From NCBI RefSeq assembly GCF_009914755.1, contig NC_060937.1: a stretch of DNA of 64,000 nt. One strand, written 5' to 3'. Positions 42,013-56,904 of this stretch are shown in pieces. The number at the start of each line of letters is the position of its first letter. Within the stretch, counting starts at the first letter, position 1. This DNA comes from the human T2T-CHM13v2.0 reference genome, Homo sapiens. The notes beneath the pieces were generated by a model, which saw only the letters and a program-made list of their open reading frames with translations, had not been told where the DNA came from and made no database searches. Position numbers and translations under genes: made by a program.

Positions 42013-42577
42013 TGTAGTAGATTTAGAAGATGACTTTCAATGATTCCCATTTCTTAATGTTCATGACCTTATGTAATCCCTTTCTTTTGAGAGTGGCTAG
42101 ACCTAGTGACTTGCTTCTAATGAACAGAACACAACAAGCATGATGGGATGTCATTTCATGATTTGACTGTAAAACACTGTGATGTCTATCTTACTAGAGG
42201 ACTCCCTTTTAGCTTCTCAGTTTACACACTCTGGTGAAGTAAGACACCATGTTAAAGACGCTCACATGGCAAGGAACTGAGGGTTGCCTGAGGCTAGACA
42301 CCAACAATGAGTTGAAGCCCTCAAACCAACAGCTCTTCAAGAACTGAATTCTGCCAATACCCATGTAAGTGAGCTTGGAAGTGGATCCTTCCCCAGTCAA
42401 GCCTTCAGATAAGACTACAGCTTTGGCCAACATTTTTATTTCAGCCTTATGAGAACACTGAAGTGCAGGAGCCAGCTAAACCATGCCTAGATTCCTGACC
42501 CATAGAAACTGTGAGATAACTGTTTTTATCCTGCTAAGTTTTCATGTAAGTTGTTGTACAGAAATAAATAAAATACA
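42013..42577 (+). mobile_element. MLT1E/F solo LTR
   Basis: 'gacctagtgacttgcttctaa...gagcttggaagtggatccttccccagtcaagccttcagat...gaaactgtgagataa'. Confidence 0.85.
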
Positions 42578-43049
42578 CATCTCTTAGCTCACCTACTTAG
42601 CTATTGTCTCCCCAAGGCAGAAACTCTAAATGATAAAACTAGATGGAAGCACAGTGCCCAATGTAAATGCTAAAACATAGTAAACACTAATTGAGAGAAA
42701 GATTAAATAAATCACTTTACTGAGCCAATTTTCCAATTGCTGTGGAAAAGGAATATTATTTAACCTTCTCTAAATGAATGAATAACATATAAAGTTTATA
42801 CTACCCTTTAATGTCAGATCCTATGTTTTGATTTTTGCCTGTTTATCCACTCATTTTTATTTCTTCTTCTGTTCTTAGCGGGAAGAAGTTCATGTCATCT
42901 TCTACTTACCTAAAGGAGTGCATAATTCACAGTGATAAACAATAGCAAACTTGAATTTGTTTTTGAATACTGATATCAACCAAATATAAGTTCCTTCTAT
43001 AATAAAAATGTGTTTAAATGATAATGAAATTTGGATATCATCTATATCA

Positions 43050-43500
43050 CTTAGAATATTTTGAGCTGCAAATAAAAAAATGACAAGTGATTCACAGCAA
43101 AAATATTCATTTTATATATAATAACTCTGTTGCCTTCAGGATTAAAAATTTAAGCAAGCCATTGAGGATCCAATATTTTCCCATTTTTCTACTCTACTAT
43201 TCTCAGACAGACTCCCTCATGGTTGCAATATGGCTACCACTATTCCAGTGATCACATCCATCATAAGAATATCCAATGGAAGAAAAGCACGTCTCTTCCT
43301 GTGTGTCTCATTTTTAACAGCAACAAAACCTTCTCAAGAACCACTCAACAGATTTCACTTTGCATCTCAATGTCTAAAACTGGATCGTATACCATGTCTT
43401 AAATTAAACTCTGATAGGAGAACTAGGATAACCATGTTGGCTAGGGGAAAGGGTAGAAACCTGAACAAAATTTGGGTTTCACCAGCAAGCAGGAAGAAGG
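43050..43500 (-). mobile_element. Old MLT1 (K/L-like) LTR
   Basis: 'ccctcatggttgcaatatggctacc...cacatcc'. Confidence 0.55.
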
Positions 43501-43831
43501 ATGTCTATTTACATCTACAAAAGATGGCATAAACTAGAACACAAGTAGTCCATGTGCTTACATAAAGTCAGCAGAAGGGCCAACTATTCACCTGGAATTA
43601 TTTGGAATTATGAGAAAAGGCTTACAAATTGGCTTACAAATTAAGATAAAAATCATGACCCATCTACAAAAATTGGCTATCTTTCAATAATCTTATTAAA
43701 CTTTGAAATTATAGTTAACACTACCATCAGATTTTCTGTCATTCAGTTTTTATTTATGGAAAACTATTATGGTCTCAAAATCAATTTTTAAACATGATAT
43801 AAATGGATTTATAAAAAGTCATAAGGTTGCA

Positions 43832-45150
43832 CAACTGATCTTCGACAAAACTGACAAAAACAAGCAGTGGGTAAATGACTCCCTATTCACTAAATGGTGC
43901 TGGGATAACTGGCTAGACAAATGCAGTAGATTGAAACTGGACCCCTTCCTTACAATCATATACAAAAATCAACTCAAGATGGATTGAAGACTTAAAAGTA
44001 AACCCCAAAACTATAAAAACTCTGGAAGATAACCTAGGAAATGCCATTCTAGACATAGGACCTGGCCTGACAAAGATTTAATAACAAAGATGCCAAAAGC
44101 AATTACAACAAAAACAAAAATTGACAAATGGGACCTAATTAAACTAAAGAGCTTCTGCACAGCAAAATAAACTATCAACAGAGTAAAAAGACAACCCACA
44201 AAATGGGAGAAAATATGTGCAAACTACGCATCTGACAAAGGTCTAATATACAGCATCTATAGAAACTTAAACAAATTTACAAGCAAAAAATAAACAACCC
44301 CATTAAAAAGTGGGCAAAGGACATGTATAGGCACTTTTCAAGAGAAGATATACATGCAGCCAACAAGTATATGAAAAAAAATTCAACATCACTGATCAGT
44401 GGAGAAATGCAAATCAAAACCACAATGAGATACCATCTCACACCAGTCAGAATGGCTATTACCAAGAAGTCTAAAAATAATAGATACTGGTGAGGTTGCA
44501 GAGAAAAGGGAACACTTATACACTGCTGGTAGGAGTGTAAATTAGTTAAACCACTGTGGAAAGCAGTATGGTGATTCCTCAGAGAACTTAAAACAGAACT
44601 ACCATTCAAACCAACAATCCCTTTATTGGATATATACCCAAAGGAATATAAAACATTCTACCATAAAGACAAATGCATGTGTACATTTAATATAGCACTA
44701 TTCATGATAGCAAACACATGGAATCAGCCTAAGTGTCCATCAATGGTAGACTGGATAAAGAAAATGTGGTACATATACACCATGAAACACTATGCAGCCA
44801 TAAAAAAAGAACAAGGTCATGGCTTTTGCAGCAACATGGATGGAGCTGAAGGCCATTATCCTATACAAACTAATGCAGGAACAGAAAATCAAATACCACA
44901 TGTTCTCACCCATAAGTGGGAGCCAAATGATAAGAACACATGGATACTAGAAGGGGAACAACAGATACTGGGGCCTGCTTGAGGGAGGAGGGTAGGAGGA
45001 GGAAGAGGATCAGAAAAAATACCTGTCTGGTACTATGCTTATTAGCTGGGTAACAAAATTATCTGTACACCAAATCTCTGTGACACACAGTTTACCTATA
45101 TAACAAACGTGCACATGTATCCCTGAACCTAAAATAAAAGTTTTAAAAAA
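43832..45150 (+). mobile_element. 5'-truncated L1PA15/16
   Basis: Frameshifted ORF2 C-terminus (WCWDNWL, WIKKMWYIYTM) and L1PA15/16-type 3' UTR; TSD tcataaggttgca at 43819-43831 and 45153-45165. Confidence 0.92.
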
Positions 45151-45394
45151 ACTCATAAGGTTGCAATCAATTTTGAAACATATTTTCCTGGGTAGCATAA
45201 GTGACAGATGAATTTTTCTTTGATTCTAGATGGTCCTAATTGCCTAGCTTGTACTGGCTAAAACCAAAGGACAGAATGGGTCCCCAGAAAGCTATGTTAC
45301 AGCTGAAGGGCTTCAGGAGAGGAAATACAGTCTGGGATCCAGTAATTAGCCAAATTCATTAACTTGTCTAGTTGCCAAAGTTAGAAGAAATAGA

Positions 45395-45600
45395 TCATGG
45401 TTGTTAAGAACATAAGATTTGGAATCAGAGCTAGATTTGAATCTCAGCCCCACGTTTTATTTAGAATATGTGGTTTAACCTCTGTAAGCCAAAATTTCTG
45501 CATCTTTAATATGAAGATCATCAAACTGACCTCACAGAAATAATGTCTGTGAAACACATACAGCAGTGAAGACTCCACAACAGTTAATAGTTATTACTAT
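45395..45600 (+). mobile_element. MIR
   Basis: 'gttaagaacataagatttggaatcagagctagatttgaatctcagcccc...tttaacctctgtaagcc'. Confidence 0.75.
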
Positions 45601-45708
45601 CTAAGCTGTTCTACAAAACATTTCCTAACCACACTCATAATCTAGTCTCCTCCAACTGTCTTCCAGGGTTGTTGTGCTGCAAGATAAGGTTGGGAGCTAA
45701 GTTCCTCC

Positions 45709-46262
45709 TATTACAGGAAAGGGGTCCCAATCCGGACCCCAAGAGAGAGTTCTTGGATCTTGTGCAAGAAAGAATTCAGGACAAGTCCATAAAGTAAAGT
45801 GAAAGCAAGTCTATTAAGAAAGTAGAGGAATAAAAGAATGGCTACTCCATAGACAGAGCAGCCCCGAAGGCTGCTGGTAGCCCATTTTTATGGTTATTTC
45901 TTGATTATATGCTCAATAAGGGGTAGATTAGTCATGCCTTCTCTTTTTAGACCATATAAGGTAACTTCCTAATGTTGCCATGGCATTTGCAAACTGTCTT
46001 GGCACTGGTGGGAGTATTGCAGTGAGGACAACCTGAGGTCGCTCCCGTGCCCATCTTGGTTTTGGTGGGTTTTGCCTGGCTTCTTTACCGCAATCTGTTT
46101 TATCAGCAAGGTCTTTATGACCTGTATCTTGTGCCGACCTCCTATCTTATCCTGTGACTTAGAATGCCTTTACCGTCTGGGAATGCAGCCTAATAGGTCT
46201 CAGCCTCATTTTACCCAGCTCCTATTCAAGATGGAGTTGCTCTGGTTCACATGCCTCTGACA
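45709..46262 (-). mobile_element. MER41A solo LTR (ERV1)
   Basis: Minus strand starts TGTCAGAGGCATGTGAACCAGAGCAACTCCATCTTGAATAGG; 554 bp; perfect TSD ctcc. Confidence 0.9.
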
Positions 46263-47596
46263 CTCCCATGCAGAGGAGTGGGTCTGATGAAGAAAGTTCC
46301 AGGAGATTATCACCTCCACTTCACACTGGGTTCCAACAGGCCAAATCTGTCTCCAGTAGGCCAGGAAGCAAGGACGGGAAGAAACCTAGACTCCCTGTTA
46401 AACACACATCATTATTAAACAGGTTGCTCACCTCTTTGCCTCTGCATCCCTCCCTAGAGGGCTCATATCTGCTTTTCTCCTTGCTGACTGACCACCTGCA
46501 TGTTGGGGATTGCCCTTCCAACGGTGGCCTTAGTCTTTCCAATTGTCTTCCACTCACTGGCCTTGGATGCCTAGCCCACCCTCCTTCTGGATCTGGAGTA
46601 GCTGAAAACACCTTTAAACCTTGGAATATATTTCCATTCTCTGATTTCTTGAACTAATTCAGTGCGATCCTCATTGAACACTGAATAAGGCAAAGAAACA
46701 AAGGGCTTGAAAAGGCATTTATTTCTTTAGTCTTTATTCAGATTTACAATTAGGTTTCCATAAGTGATGGATGTGCCCTGGTGAATCACCTTTCCTCCAT
46801 TTTAAAAGAATCTGAATCCATTCAAGGTCCCTTCTTGATTGCAAATTCAACCAGTTAAATTGTTTTTACTCATCACAATCGTGCAGTTCTGCTCTTAGAA
46901 CCTACTTAGCAGGCTGTAAAGAGCACTCAACTCAAGCTTCAGGCTGTTTGTGTGATATTAATCCCCAGACTGGATACAAGGTGACAATGTTTCCTGACAT
47001 ATGTTTTCTATTTTTATACTATTGTTCTATTTTTTTGTTTCAACAACCATTTCTCAATTATATTTTAATAAAGCAATATTAGTATATTTGGATATGAAAG
47101 ATTCATTGGCATTAATTTTCTAATGTGAAAAAGCGATTTCCATTGTAAATACAGAAGTTAAAATCAGCATTTGGGAATTTGATTACTTCAATCATTATTT
47201 TCTTTGCCTTGTCATATTAGATCAAAAAGCTTAAGCTTTTTTAGGCATCATGCACTGAATTAGTAGAGCAACACATTTTAAAAGAATAATAGAAATATTA
47301 ATTAACATATGAAAATTATTTGTGAACCTTTTGATGAACAGCATAATGAAAAATTAAAAGTGAGTGGTATAGGTAAGATCTGAGGTTAACTTAGGTAACA
47401 TACACACTGATACTTCTAACAGTCTTAACCATATAGGTGAGATTATGCACCAAGATTTTGAAAACTTGAGAGAGATTTAAAAAGACTGAACTACAACCTA
47501 GATTATTGGTATCCCATACGTGGTATCATGCATGTATGAATGAAACAGATTATGCAACACGAGTTGATGCAGACTTCAAATAACTATTTTATAGAG

Positions 47597-47933
47597 CAGG
47601 GCCCCAACCCCCAGGCCATAGTCTGGTACCTGTACTGGTCTGTGGCTTGTTAGGAATGGGGTCACACAGTGGGAGGTGAGCAGCCAGCGAGCATTACCGC
47701 CTGAGCTCCACCCACTGTCAGATCCACGGCAGCATTAGATTCTCTTAGGAGCACAAATCTTATTGTGAACTACACGTGCAAGGGATCTTGGATGCGTGCT
47801 CCTTATGAGAATCTGTTGATAAATATAATGCCCTTGAATCATCCCCAAACCATCCCCCACCCCTTCCCGCATCCTTGAAAAAAATGTCTTCTAGAAAACC
47901 AGTCCCTGCTACCCAAAAGGTTGGGGACTGCTG
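47597..47933 (+). mobile_element. MER1B (hAT-Charlie)
   Basis: TIRs cagggccccaacc...ggttggggactgctg; perfect 8-bp TSD ttatagag at 47589-47596 and 47934-47941. Confidence 0.92.
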
Positions 47934-48290
47934 TTATAGAGAGTAGAAGGAAGGTTATCAGAGGCTGGAAAGGGTCCTGGAGGGGTGGGGAGAGGTGAAG
48001 ACAGTCAATGGATACAAAAAGTAATTTAAATGAATGAATAAGACCTACTATTTGATAGCACAACAGGGTGACTATAATCATTAATAACTTAATCGTACAT
48101 TTTAACATAAAGAGTATAATTGAATTGTGTGTAAAACAAAGGATAAATGCTTGAAAAAATGGATATTCCATTCTCCATGATGTGATTATTATGCATTGCA
48201 TGCCTATATCAAAATATTTCACATATCCCATAAATATGTATGTCTACTATGTACCAACAAAAATTGAAAATTTAACAACAAAAAAAAAAA
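47934..48290 (+). mobile_element. L1MA2/3-like 3' end
   Basis: 'gaataagacctactatttgatagcacaacagggtgactata...cccataaatatgtatgtctactatgtacc' plus A tail. Confidence 0.85.
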
Positions 48291-50579
48291 CTACCTTTTT
48301 GGAAGCCAGACTAACAGACTAACCTTCTAAAGGTAAGGGCTGGTTTTCTCTATGGAAAAAAAATTCCTACTGTCACTATCCCTGGAAAGAAGCCCTTCAC
48401 AGGATGGGAAATGAGAACTCAGTGGGGCTCGGATTCAAATAAGGGAACTCTGGTCCCCTTTTCTGCATCTGGGAGTCAGTATGTTTCAGAACACCAAGGT
48501 CTGAAGACACCTGGAGCATTACTTGTGGAAGAAGGGGAAGGTAAACGTGGAATGCTGGCTTCCACCACATGGATCCAGGCAGCGGGCTACCGGAGAGGGG
48601 GTCTAAACTTGCTTTTCCCTTTTCTTGTCTGTACAACTTGCAGGGTGGTGATGGGAGCAGGGGTGGGGGTAAAGTTACAGGCTGACCTCTACTACCCACC
48701 AGAGGATTAAAAAAAGGAGGCTTACCTTACACTTTACAATAATACAGATTGCAAAACAAAACCAAGTCAGCCATTGAAATATTGATGGGATTAGACTGGG
48801 GGCATTCTATGAAAAGGGCAGTGTCCTCTCCCCAAGACACACACACAGAGAAAGAGAGAAAGAGAACAAAAGCGATTGTAGCAGCCACGGTCATCCTCAG
48901 AGGAGAAGCAGCAGCAATGGGGAAGTAAGACATAGATGCTGAAGCCATGTAACTCTAGTCACCCATTAGTGAACTTATATGAGAGCATATAATTTAACTG
49001 CTGTTTCGACTAATTTAACCAGGATGATTCAAATTTAGTCAAGCTCTGATTTAACTTTCTTTTTCTATTAAAACTGACAAATTGTTCACTTGAACTTATT
49101 GCATTAACTGGTTGATTTATGTTTCATGTAGATCCAGGCTGCAAAGATCAAGAATTATAAGGGGAGAACCCCCTAAAGTTGTTAATGTTCTTCATGCTTT
49201 TCAAGTCCCTCACAGCTAGGGGACATGAGTTTTTCTCCCTGAGCTTTTAACTCTTTCTGCTGCCACACATCTTCTAGCAACGCTTGAGACAAATTTAAAG
49301 AAAATCGGTGAAATAACTATTCTTGAATTCCCAAATCAATGGAAAAGAGTTCCGAGCCTATATGGAAGGAAACTGTCCTAGTTTGAATTAACCGAAAGAT
49401 TAGTGTTTCGCTCAATTTTTTTAATATTTAATACCCCATTTTCCCTCTCAACATAAAATGCATTTGAAGGTACCAAAATAAAGATACTCAATTTTATATG
49501 TTCCCACTTTATCATCTCAAAATCCTATTAGAAAAGAATCTGTGCTTCCTATAATTTATAACTAAACATAGATTATTTTCATAAAATAAATTGTATATTT
49601 CAGCTTGCTTATGAACGTAATTTAGCTTAGTAAAAGCTTATAACCCACACAAGAGAGATAAAAGGATAGAATTATCTATCTTTCTTGGAATGTACTGCAT
49701 ATATGCTTTATTTTAATTTTTATATCTTCTATCCTCTGAGGCTAAATAAAAATGCATGGGAAAAATTTAATGTAATGTAAACCAAAGATTTTCATGACAG
49801 ATTTTATTAATTCTCTGCATGTACAAACATGGCTTAGTCCTCAAAACATAATTATTTTAATATATGTCATACAGATTTCAAAATAAAACCAAGTCAGCCA
49901 TTGAAATATTGAAGGGATTAGAAGGAGCAATTCAATTCTGTATATCAAAAAGTAAATAGGGTCAATCAATTAAATGTTCGGTACAAGTAAAAGAAATGCC
50001 AACTAAGGAGTCATTCACCTTTAACTTGTTTCCTTCTTTCAGTTGCTATATTTTGGCTATCTTAGTTGTTTTGTATTTCCTGTCTAGAAGAACAGCCATT
50101 AAATGGAGACCAAGTCTTTATGTTTCTTAACTGCATTCTGGCACCCAATAAATAATTCCTTAGGAATAATTTGCCAGTCAGTGGCACCTACAAGCTAGAA
50201 TTCTTTGTTGTATTGTAAAGCCTGATAGGGAGTTCAAATCATCTTGAATCTTAGTATGATATCTGTGTTCTAATAAAGTTTTGTTTTCTTGAATATTAAC
50301 CTCAGAAGGTAATTCCTTCTTGCTGTCACAGACAACACTCAGAGTAGACTAAGTCATGTAGTATACAAATTGGGTATAAATGCCTTGACATTTTGGAAAG
50401 TGAAGGAGAATTCCTAAGGGATAACTCTTTGTATGTCCTATGCTTATAAGCAGCTTAAATCTCCACAGATAGACTTTGTTTTGGTGTCAATGGCCACCTC
50501 AATATCTGCTATATTTGTCACAAAGTTACCCCTTTCCATTTTATGTTTGGAATAACTTGAAATGTTGGTAACAGCTTTT

Positions 50580-50965
50580 CATCAATCAATAATTTTGAGA
50601 GCCTGGTATGTAACGGGCACTATAGTAAAAGACCCTGGCCCTCATGGAGTTCATATTCTATGAATAGGAAGACAGGCAATCAGTAAACAAGTAAACAAAT
50701 AAACAAGGGAGTTAATTTCAGGAGAGGGCAGTGCTATGCAAGAACAAAAAACAGTTTGGTACAGAGAAGGGCTGGGCTGAGGAGCTAAGACCAGAATGAC
50801 GAAGAAGCTGGGCCATCAAAGACCAGGAGAACAAGTACCCACGCAGGGGAAGAGATGATGCAAAGGCCTGAAGGTGGAATGTGGTGGTCTGCTCAAGGAA
50901 ACATGGAAGGAAGGCCAGCGAACGGTTCCTGGAATAAGTGGGGGGAAGCTAGGAAAAGAGATTGG
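50580..50965 (-). mobile_element. L2
   Basis: 'ccctggccctcatggagttcatattcta', 'tgcaaaggcctgaaggtggaa'. Confidence 0.75.
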
Positions 50966-51072
50966 AAAAGTCCACACATTTTAGAATCTTCAATCCACAA
51001 CTCCACTGATGTCAGAATTCTAACAACATTATTGCACTGGTGTAGCACCATTCACTGAATGAAGTTGGCTAC

Positions 51073-51450
51073 GATTAGGGATTAAGTTAGGTCCCCCCAA
51101 AATTCATATGTTGAAACTTTAACCTCCAGTGAGATTATTTGGAGGTAAGACCTTTCAGGAGAGAGCTGAGGTTAAATGAGATCGTATGGGTGGGCCCTAA
51201 TCCAATAGGACTGGCATCCTTGTAAGAAGAGGAAGAGACAACAGAGATCTTTCTCTCTTTGCACGCAGAGAAAAGTCATGTAAGGACATGGGAAAAGTGT
51301 CTGTCTATAAGCCAGAAAAAGGCTTCACCAGAGACCAACTGCTGGTACCTTGGTCTTGAACTTCCAGCTTCCAGAACTGTGAGAAAATTTATGTCGTTTA
51401 AGCCACTCAGTCTATGGCATTTGTTATGGCAGCCTCAGCAGACTAATACA
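51073..51450 (+). mobile_element. MLT1A-like solo LTR
   Basis: 'ccccccaaaattcatatgttgaa...gggtgggccctaatccaataggactgg...gcagactaataca'. Confidence 0.88.
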
Positions 51451-52165
51451 GTTTCCACATCACAAACAGATTTAGCAAAATAAGGAGATTTTCCCCCACA
51501 TTTATCCCAAATCATACTTGATTCAAGTTAGTACCAAATGATTTTAGTGGCAGAAGAGGCCTTAGAGACTATCTTCTCAATTTTACTCATTTTTACAAAT
51601 GAGAAAAGTTTAAAATGAAAAGATTAAAACGGCAGATCAAATTCTCTTCCCACTCTCACCACCCCCACCATAATCCATTCAAGCTGCTGGTTTGTTACCG
51701 GCTTTATTCTGACCTCTGACCAGGACAACAAAACAAATAATGAATTCTATGAAAAATTCAATTGTGCAATCACTTCTACAATAAAAATACAACCAACCTA
51801 ATTTTAAAGGGGTAATAACAGACTAAAAAACATTTGCATTAAATACAACAGATTAAAGTTTCTCTTTAACATATAGAAAATACAAATGTATAAGACAAAC
51901 AGCAATATTTCAATCATTAAAGGTAAAAAAGATATCACAGATACCTCAAAAAAAAGATATGGGAAAATATTTTTTCAGGATGAATAACTTAAGGCAACTT
52001 CAAGAAATAATGTTATGCTGATAACAATTTTAGAACAGGTGTGATTTTGGCAAAAAATGATACTCTGATCTAAAGCTGGTTACATGGACTTAAAGCAATC
52101 CCTTTGTGGAAAATAAAATTCTAACACAGCAGAAGTCTTAAAGATAGTTATATTGCCTGAGATAG

Positions 52166-52522
<357 letters not shown>

Positions 52523-52854
52523 ATGAATTATTTTTTTAAATAAAAAAATAGAAACCAGACTATATCTTTATACTATAGAAACAGTTAAGAAAATAATTAT
52601 TCATCAGAGTGATAAAATATTACATGGTCACAAAATATTACAAAGATTTTTTTAGAAACTTGGAAACAACACAGCATAATAGTTGAAAATACAAGTACTG
52701 AAATAAAATGAACCAGGTCCAGAATTGAATTCTGTCTCTGCCACACACAAATATTTAAGTGAACTAAATATTCTCAACTATAAAATGGAAATGGCAAGGT
52801 CACAGTGAATATTTGAACATTTTCTGTGTACAAGTAATGTTCTAAATTTATTAC

Positions 52855-52960
52855 AGTCCACCCTCATTATTTGCAGATTTCATATTTGCAATATAAAATA
52901 AAATTTCTGTAACCTTTAGTGGAATTACGAGGCTCAGTGTTCTTGTTTCAGCTTTCCTAC
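52855..52960 (+). mobile_element. Tigger-type DNA transposon fragment
   Basis: 'ta|cagtccaccctcattatttgcagatttcatatttgcaa'. Confidence 0.5.
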
Positions 52961-53184
52961 AGAAGTGAGCAGAGGACAGAGATGCTAACAGTGGTGCAGG
53001 GTAGTGCCAGATCCCAGCTCTGGGCCAGTGGGATTGGGTATGAATTTAAACAGTGGCACCTGTTAGTGGAGCAGCCTCATGTAAGTCAAAGCAAGTCACT
53101 AAATTCTGAACCTTGTTTTGTTTTTTTGTAAAACAAAGAGAACAGTATCTACTGGAATAAGTTGCTTTTAAGATTTAAGATATG

Positions 53185-53795
<611 letters not shown>

Positions 53796-53908
53796 ACTGA
53801 ATAGCCTGAGTTCCTCGAAAAGCGGAGCCCCAGACAAAACCTTAGGGACTGCCATTTTGTTAAAGCATTCTGTCTCAAGAAAGCAGGAGTTAGAGAAAAG
53901 CAGAATGA

Positions 53909-54397
<489 letters not shown>

Positions 54398-55409
54398 AGA
54401 TTACTAGTTCTTGTCCCCCATTAGCCAAGGTGTAAACTCCTCCCACATCCCACGTTGCCCACGCACTGGGGGCAGAGTGAGTCTTGCAGAGTTTCACACC
54501 TCAAGGGCTGCAGAGAAAGCTCAAGACAAGGAGGGAAAGGTGGATGATGCAGGCATGACAAGAGGCACCACTGGGTTACACTCAAGTGAAGTCAGTTGCT
54601 TCAGACATGCTGGGTAGAGTCATATGAATTTGGCCTTACAGTGGCTGGGATAAAACAAGTGGCCAAAGGCTAAGAAAACAATCAAAACCAAGAGAATCCC
54701 CATTGCTGAATAAGAAGTATCCGATATAGTAAGTGACAAGGAGTGTGGGTGAACACAGGTGGGTGCACTGTGACATTTTGGCATATCTAATATCAGATAG
54801 GGCAAGGGATTCAAACAATTCCCAGTCCAAATGGACAGTTTTGTTTTTTTTTTTCAGGACAAATGCTAAGCTGGATAGGGCTCTGGAACAATTGCTGCAA
54901 ACCAGGGCTGCCCCAGACAAAGTAAGATGTATGATATCTTGAGTTCCAGCTAGGAGAACTCCAGAAAAAGTAAAACTTCTGTTTAGATGAGGCATGGGAA
55001 ATGATTTTTTAATGGGTATATCATTTTTCTGTAAAATTTTTAAAATTAATTTTAATATGATGCTTAATTTTTAAAATAATCATTAGATAAAATCACAGAA
55101 ATGATATGCTGTATGTGTAATATCCTGTATTTATTATTATTCTTGGGCCGTTATATTTTAAACGATGCAGAAATCTCTTCTGCCTGTGGGTTTAATTCAG
55201 GGACTAACTCCTCTCTCATCTCCTAGTGAGGAGCCTTCCTCTTAGCTCTTATGGTACCACAGTTCTGTTTCTGAATCAGCCAAAGAGAAAACGAGTATCT
55301 CTGTTCAAGGCATTCCTTCTAAAATCATTTTATTTTTTACCTTTGCTAATTACAATTAAGCACAAAGGATCCCAAACAGAGAGCCTCGCAGTAGAAAAGG
55401 CATGTATAA

Positions 55410-55811
55410 TATTAAAGAAAAAGTTATTCTGATACTTGTTAAAATGGTAAGGAAGACTTTATCGAAGATGATTGCAATAGGAGAGAGAGATTGGACGAAA
55501 CACTAAATACAGCAAGGGCAAGTAGGAATTTATAGCCAGGGAACAGAGTGAGGCAGGCCAGTGGATGGAAAATTACTAAGGTAAGACCTGCAGGGAAGGG
55601 AAACTTGCTAAACCAACTTACAGGGATCTCGGTGAGGGCACACTGGAGTGATCAGACATCAAGGATGAGAGGATTCTCTCTAAACCGACTCAGCAGGATT
55701 TCTGCTAAAACTGGACTTGGCAAAGGTGAACATGGAAAGGTCTAGGCCTAGTCAAGAAGAGGGCTCAGAGGAGCCTAACTAAAGTTTGTTCAAGGAGACA
55801 GTCCATGTTTA
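55410..55811 (-). mobile_element. MER31-family LTR (ERV1)
   Basis: 'aggcctagtcaagaagagggctcagaggagcctaactaaagtttgttcaaggaga' and 'aaagttattctgatacttgttaaaatgg'. Confidence 0.8.
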
Positions 55812-56451
55812 AAAGGTATTCAATGTAGAAAAGCAACATGGAAACCTTCTCTCCATGTACTTCAGGGTTAGGTCCTAGTATCATACAGACTAAATGGGTG
55901 GACCCTATGTTAATACTTTTCTATCTTTTCTAAATGTGTTCTTTTAAAGGCCACAATTTGCCTTACACATTTCATTGGCCGGTGTTTCTGATATAATTTC
56001 AGAGAACACAAATTCCGTTTTTAAGAAAAAGAAGGATGGGCAGTGCCTGAGTGCTAATGGATTTCAGTAGGAAGCCTATCACCCAGTATTCTGCCTGATC
56101 GGTCCTCAGCTGGACAGCACTCAAAGCCCAGATGCCAAGCTGTGGACAACTGTCTCCAGGCAGCACCATCTGCTTCCATGGGAATCTCCCCAGGCATTTG
56201 GTTGGCAGCTTTAGGGTGGCCTTGAGGTCGGTCATGTGGAGAGGATGCTGCTGGGAAGGATGTCTGGCTTTTCTTAACCCTTGGAAGTTCATTTCCTATC
56301 ATTTACCAGAGTTAGCATTTGATTATATTTCCTTTCTTTGAGAACAATAGAAGTTGAGTTCCCCTTAGCAGAAATTTAGCAGAAAGTAATTGAGCTCAAT
56401 TATCTGTCCTCACTCTTGGGAGAATTGTGTTTCTTCCTTAGGACAGCCAAA

Positions 56452-56685
56452 CCCAGAGCTTCTCAAAGGGTGTATGGAAGACCTCAAGTTTGCACAAAAT
56501 GCTCCATGAAAAATAAAAGGGGTTCAAAAGTCAAATACTTTTGAAAAATGCTACACATCACATTATCTTGTCAGAGATGCACCATGCACATTAAGTAGTA
56601 AAGACCCTGAGAAGTCCTACTGTTAAAACTATTAACTTTAACATGGTTTAACTTGATATTTCCGAAATTTAGGTGAACACAAAAT
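56452..56685 (+). mobile_element. MER103C-like (hAT-Charlie)
   Basis: 'atgcacattaagtagtaaagaccctgagaagtcctactg'. Confidence 0.7.
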
Positions 56686-56904
56686 TTCAATTTAATTCAG
56701 CCTCACTGCAACCCATAAATTGTGCAACTTGCTCCCAAAAAGGGATTATCAGAATACAGCAAGGCACAATCAATCATCAAAGGGGCTTGGTAGCCTCAGG
56801 GCAGCCAGCATGGGCTACACAAGAGTGGAAAAACGTCTTTTATTTCTGATATATTCTGTGGTAGTCAGAATACCATGTGTATTTTATGAGCCAGGCAGAA
56901 TTCA

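Noticed and set aside
43769-44982. ORFs resembling L1 ORF2p
   Set aside because: Frameshifted pieces of a 5'-truncated L1PA15/16; not a functional gene.
48727-48948. 73-aa ORF with a hydrophobic, signal-like stretch
   Set aside because: The hydrophobicity comes from a GA/CA low-complexity tract; no homology or promoter support.
50020-50315. Additional + strand acceptor/donor pair
   Set aside because: Weak donor (gtaatt) and a long AT-rich exon; not distinguishable from background.
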